Shown one piece after another: positions 47,743 to 50,338 of a DNA stretch of 50,338 nt (positions are counted from its first letter, which is position 1; each line of letters begins with the position of its first letter). Position numbers and translations under genes: made by a program. Source of the stretch: Rhodoferax sp. Lineage in GTDB: Bacteria > Pseudomonadota > Gammaproteobacteria > Burkholderiales > Burkholderiaceae_C. The notes below the pieces were generated by a model. That model was not told the origin of the DNA, searched no databases, and was given only the letters and a program-made list of their open reading frames with translations. The stretch is taken from contig JAUXQA010000336.1 in NCBI GenBank assembly GCA_030683195.1, positions 1 through 50,338 of the forward strand, given 5' to 3'.

Positions 47743-47777
47743 TTCGCCATTCGCCATTCGCCATTCGCCATTCGCCA
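47743..47777. repeat. Perfect heptamer tandem repeat (TTCGCCA)x5
   Basis: Read directly from the sequence, between divergent promoters K and L. Confidence 0.95.
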
Positions 47778-47812
47778 AACATCCACTTTCGCTGTGCACC
47801 GAAACAGTGTGA

Positions 47813-47867
47813 TAAAGTTTCCATCACTTTCTGCATCTGCGGATGTGCGAGCTAGCGTTAACTAGCA
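47813..47867 (+). promoter_or_regulatory. Structured leader copy L
   Basis: TAAAGT ... GCATC-tgcg-GATGT ... GAGCTAG-cgttaa-CTAGCA. Confidence 0.7.
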
Positions 47868-47938
47868 AGATTTATTAACCCGAACGGGCCTCAGTGCCCG
47901 CAAGGCACGGTGCTCGTTCGAAAACGAAGGAACGACGT

Positions 47939-48238
47939 ATGCCTATTCTCGACAACATGCCGGTCTGCTTACAGCGACTCTCGCTGCAAACAAAAGATCA
48001 ATTGCAAACTACCCTGGCCAATGATGAAGCATCAAGTGATGAAGAACTCATGTCCTTTTTTTGCGACGAATGCGCCATCCCCCAGGACGCTGCAGAAGCA
48101 GCGATCAAGTACCGTCCCCAATTCTTTGTGGACCCGTTTTTTGACCTTTTTGGATTATTCGATAGCCCGCCACCCGCACCGGGTGCTGTTGTCCTCGGGG
48201 CGGTACTTGCCCAAAAGTTGAAAGGCAACGGGGAATGA
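47939..48238 (+). CDS. Hypothetical acidic protein
   Basis: RBS AAGGA; start MPILD. Confidence 0.6.
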   Translation: MPILDNMPVCLQRLSLQTKDQLQTTLANDEASSDEELMSFFCDECAIPQDAAEAAIKYRPQFFVDPFFDLFGLFDSPPPAPGAVVLGAVLAQKLKGNGE

Positions 48239-48510
48239 ACCAGCCAACTTCAGAGTTAGATAGGCTATTTATCGGGATCTATCCCTGTGGGATCGTCTAC
48301 GCTGACCGCCTACGTGATGAACATGGAGACTACGCGCGTTTGGCGTTTCTGGATTTCGAAACTCTGTCACTGGACATCAAGGCAGGCTGTCCAACAGAGT
48401 TGCAGAAAAGAATCAAGGCTGATGCGGCGATTATTCAGTCGAAGCGAGGCGAGCAGTTTCAGGTCAGCAGCTCTAATCAAACTGTGACTCTTGGCGGTGT
48501 AAAACACTAA
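48235..48510 (+). CDS. Hypothetical protein
   Basis: ATGA-coupled to the upstream ORF. Confidence 0.65.
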   Translation: MNQPTSELDRLFIGIYPCGIVYADRLRDEHGDYARLAFLDFETLSLDIKAGCPTELQKRIKADAAIIQSKRGEQFQVSSSNQTVTLGGVKH

Positions 48511-48657
48511 CATCCCCTCGGCAGTCAACGGCCTGATGCAAGTCAGGGCGAGCCTCAATGGCGGACGAAGAAGCCGCGCAAGCGTGCATACAACCAACCC
48601 GGACGGGCACCAGTTGCCCTACGGTGGCGGTGTCCGTCCACATTTGAAGTGTGAAAT

Positions 48658-49626
48658 ATGGAATCTAAACATTGCCAAGGCTTGCCTGTCGGCCAGCTCA
48701 ACGCGAAACTAAGCGAGAATTTGGTTATGAGGGCCGGCATTCCCCACAAGAGTGGCGGGCTTGCGTTTCATGCTTTCGAAGAGAGTTATCCGGTGATGGT
48801 AAGTGCCCAGGCGTTCTGGAACCCGGTTACTGCATCGTTCGTCATCCCCGAAGCCACCGATCTTTTCGAGCTCGATCTGGCATTGGACTCAGCTGGATAT
48901 ACGGCGGTGAAATTGTGGCAATCCAAAGGCCATCAGCCTGGAATGGCCGGCATATTTCCGTGGTGCCATGCCCAGTATGTTGAACTGGCTTGTTCACTAG
49001 GTGTAACTTGGTGGACGCAGCCTGACTTGTGTTGCGAGCCTCAGATTGCCGCCAGTCAAGCGGAGATCGACTACCGGGTCAGGGCAACTGCAACGCTTCT
49101 GGAGGGTACCCTACAAACCGTCTACGCCTGGCAAAATGAACTTTCCAAGACCTGCTCTGCAGCCGTCGTTGCGAACATGATCAGGCCGCCTGTCCCTGTT
49201 TTGCAGGGGTGGAGTTCTTCTGACTATGTCCGCAGCCTGGACCTTCTCATGCAAGTTTGGGAACGCTGGCAGCCTTGGTTGGCCACGCCTGCCCTGATCG
49301 GCGTGGGCTCTGTTTGTCGCAGGACTCTGAACCACCCTACCCATGGGCTGCATGCAATCCTGGCGTCGCTGGAGGGCAATCTGCCTAGCGGCTCCCGGCT
49401 GCACCTGTTTGGTGTGAAAGGTACGTGCCTGACGGATATCAAGTCGATGAAATTTGTCGCAAGCGCTGACTCCATGGCCTACGATTTCGGTGCGCGGATT
49501 AAGGCGCATCGCGGCGGGTTTTCGAACACGATCAAACACCGTGCTTCTGAAATGACGGACTGGATGACCGCCGCGGCGCAGCGAATGAAGCCAGTACTTG
49601 GGAATCAATGCCAGCTTGTGCATTAA
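48658..49626 (+). CDS. TGT-fold, DpdA-like base-exchange (deazapurine DNA modification-type) protein
   Basis: Motifs LDSAGY, D.CCEP, PVLQG, GVGSVCRR, LHLFGVK, SADS. Confidence 0.75.
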   Translation: MESKHCQGLPVGQLNAKLSENLVMRAGIPHKSGGLAFHAFEESYPVMVSAQAFWNPVTASFVIPEATDLFELDLALDSAGYTAVKLWQSKGHQPGMAGIFPWCHAQYVELACSLGVTWWTQPDLCCEPQIAASQAEIDYRVRATATLLEGTLQTVYAWQNELSKTCSAAVVANMIRPPVPVLQGWSSSDYVRSLDLLMQVWERWQPWLATPALIGVGSVCRRTLNHPTHGLHAILASLEGNLPSGSRLHLFGVKGTCLTDIKSMKFVASADSMAYDFGARIKAHRGGFSNTIKHRASEMTDWMTAAAQRMKPVLGNQCQLVH

Positions 49627-49720
49627 GTCTGTGTAGTGCCTTCCCCGTTGAGCGAGGTGGGCGCTGCCATTGAAGGGCTCACTCCCACTGAGAAGCCCCG
49701 AGGCTAGTTTTCAAACTAGA

Positions 49721-49762
49721 AGCCCTGCGCTGATTCCAACGGATCGGCTCAGGGCTTTTTTT
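49721..49762 (+). terminator. Intrinsic terminator
   Basis: AGCCCTG...CAGGGCT followed by a T-tract. Confidence 0.75.
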
Positions 49763-49842
49763 GCCTGTCATTTACCTTAAAATTCGGGGATCAGGCCACA
49801 TTGGCATGTGCGAGCTGCCGCAAGCAGCATTGTTGAACTTAC

Positions 49843-50199
49843 TCATAAGTCAGTAATATAGGAAACAGAAGGATGGCGAAAGAATGACTTCATCAACGCG
49901 CTGTCATTTGCGATATTTTCAAGTTGCGCATCAAAGCGGCATTGCAGCTTTTCACCAGCCCTTAAGGGCGAGCGGGCCACGCCCGTGCGCTTGGCATGGC
50001 TCCATACCAATAAATCAGGATTCAAATCAGGCGCATAGCCGGGCAGGAAGTGAAGAGTCAGCTTCCCCCCTGTACTGGCGACATATTCCTTAACGTTTGC
50101 TTTCTTATGCGCCGGCAAGCCATCAACTACCAGTCGCACTGGTTTTTTGCGTCGATACATCATTTTCTTGAGCAACTCGACAAACAACTCTCCTGTCAA
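49843..50199 (-). pseudogene. IS630-family transposase, C-terminal fragment truncated by IS1071
   Basis: LVVDGLPAHK and FLPGYAPDLNPD..VW (DDE_3 region); the 5' part is replaced by IS1071 at 50200. Confidence 0.85.
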
Positions 50200-50338
50200 G
50201 GGGTCTCCTCGTTTTCAGTGCAATAAGTGACGGTACGCAAAGCTAGCACTGGCGCGGGGGTGGTCTGGGTAGACCGTTGATTTCATTGACTTTCCTGTTC
50301 GCTTTGTAAACGGGTATGGTGGCCTCCCACTTTTGAGG
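50200..50338 (+). mobile_element. IS1071 (Tn3 family) left end with its long terminal inverted repeat
   Basis: Starts GGGGTCTCCTCGTTTTCAGTGCAATAAGTGACGGTACGCAAAGCTAG, recognised from memory as the IS1071 terminus; tnpA would begin just past the window. Confidence 0.9.

Noticed and set aside
47589-47786. MANGEWR peptide repeat at the start of the 809-aa ORF
   Set aside because: It is a translation of the non-coding heptamer repeat upstream of promoter K.
18630-47867. Repeated hairpins read as a CRISPR array or integron attC sites
   Set aside because: Spacing is gene-sized and irregular, orientation follows the downstream genes, there are no cas or intI genes, and no RYYYAAC/GTTRRRY boxes are evident.
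39997-49626. Complete dnd phosphorothioation or dpd island
   Set aside because: Only single, separated homologues are present; the partner genes are absent from the window.

Overview
This window looks like part of a large conjugative plasmid or ICE, probably from a betaproteobacterium (inferred from gene content and IS1071). No rRNA, tRNA or CRISPR array is evident. From 0.5 to 10.8 kb is a defence block: an ISL3 (ISPpu12/ISKpn25-like) transposase overlapping the end of a type I R-M operon (hsdM-abiF-hsdS-hsdR), with an abiF-like RNA hairpin upstream of abiF and a RES-Xre toxin-antitoxin pair. From 11 to 13.3 kb is a large tyrosine recombinase with a candidate core site. From 14.4 to 49.7 kb is a long array of short, separately promoted and terminated cassettes typical of establishment or anti-defence cargo: a ParB-like protein, a WGR-domain ligase, an orphan methyltransferase with a winged helix, a DarB-like methylase-helicase, DUF1173 with two bactofilins, a PAPS-reductase-like protein, a GHKL ATPase, a DpdA/TGT-like protein and many hypotheticals. 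The window ends with an IS630 fragment cut by the left end of IS1071. The strongest unexplained signal is a dispersed family of at least 11 structured 5' leaders (-10 box, small hairpin, GAGCTRR-N4-6-YYAGCA hairpin with compensatory changes, usually a CAACC-led multi-stem, then the start codon) heading most cassettes, which suggests an RNA-structure-based regulon. Family assignments come from motif recognition only; no database searches were run.
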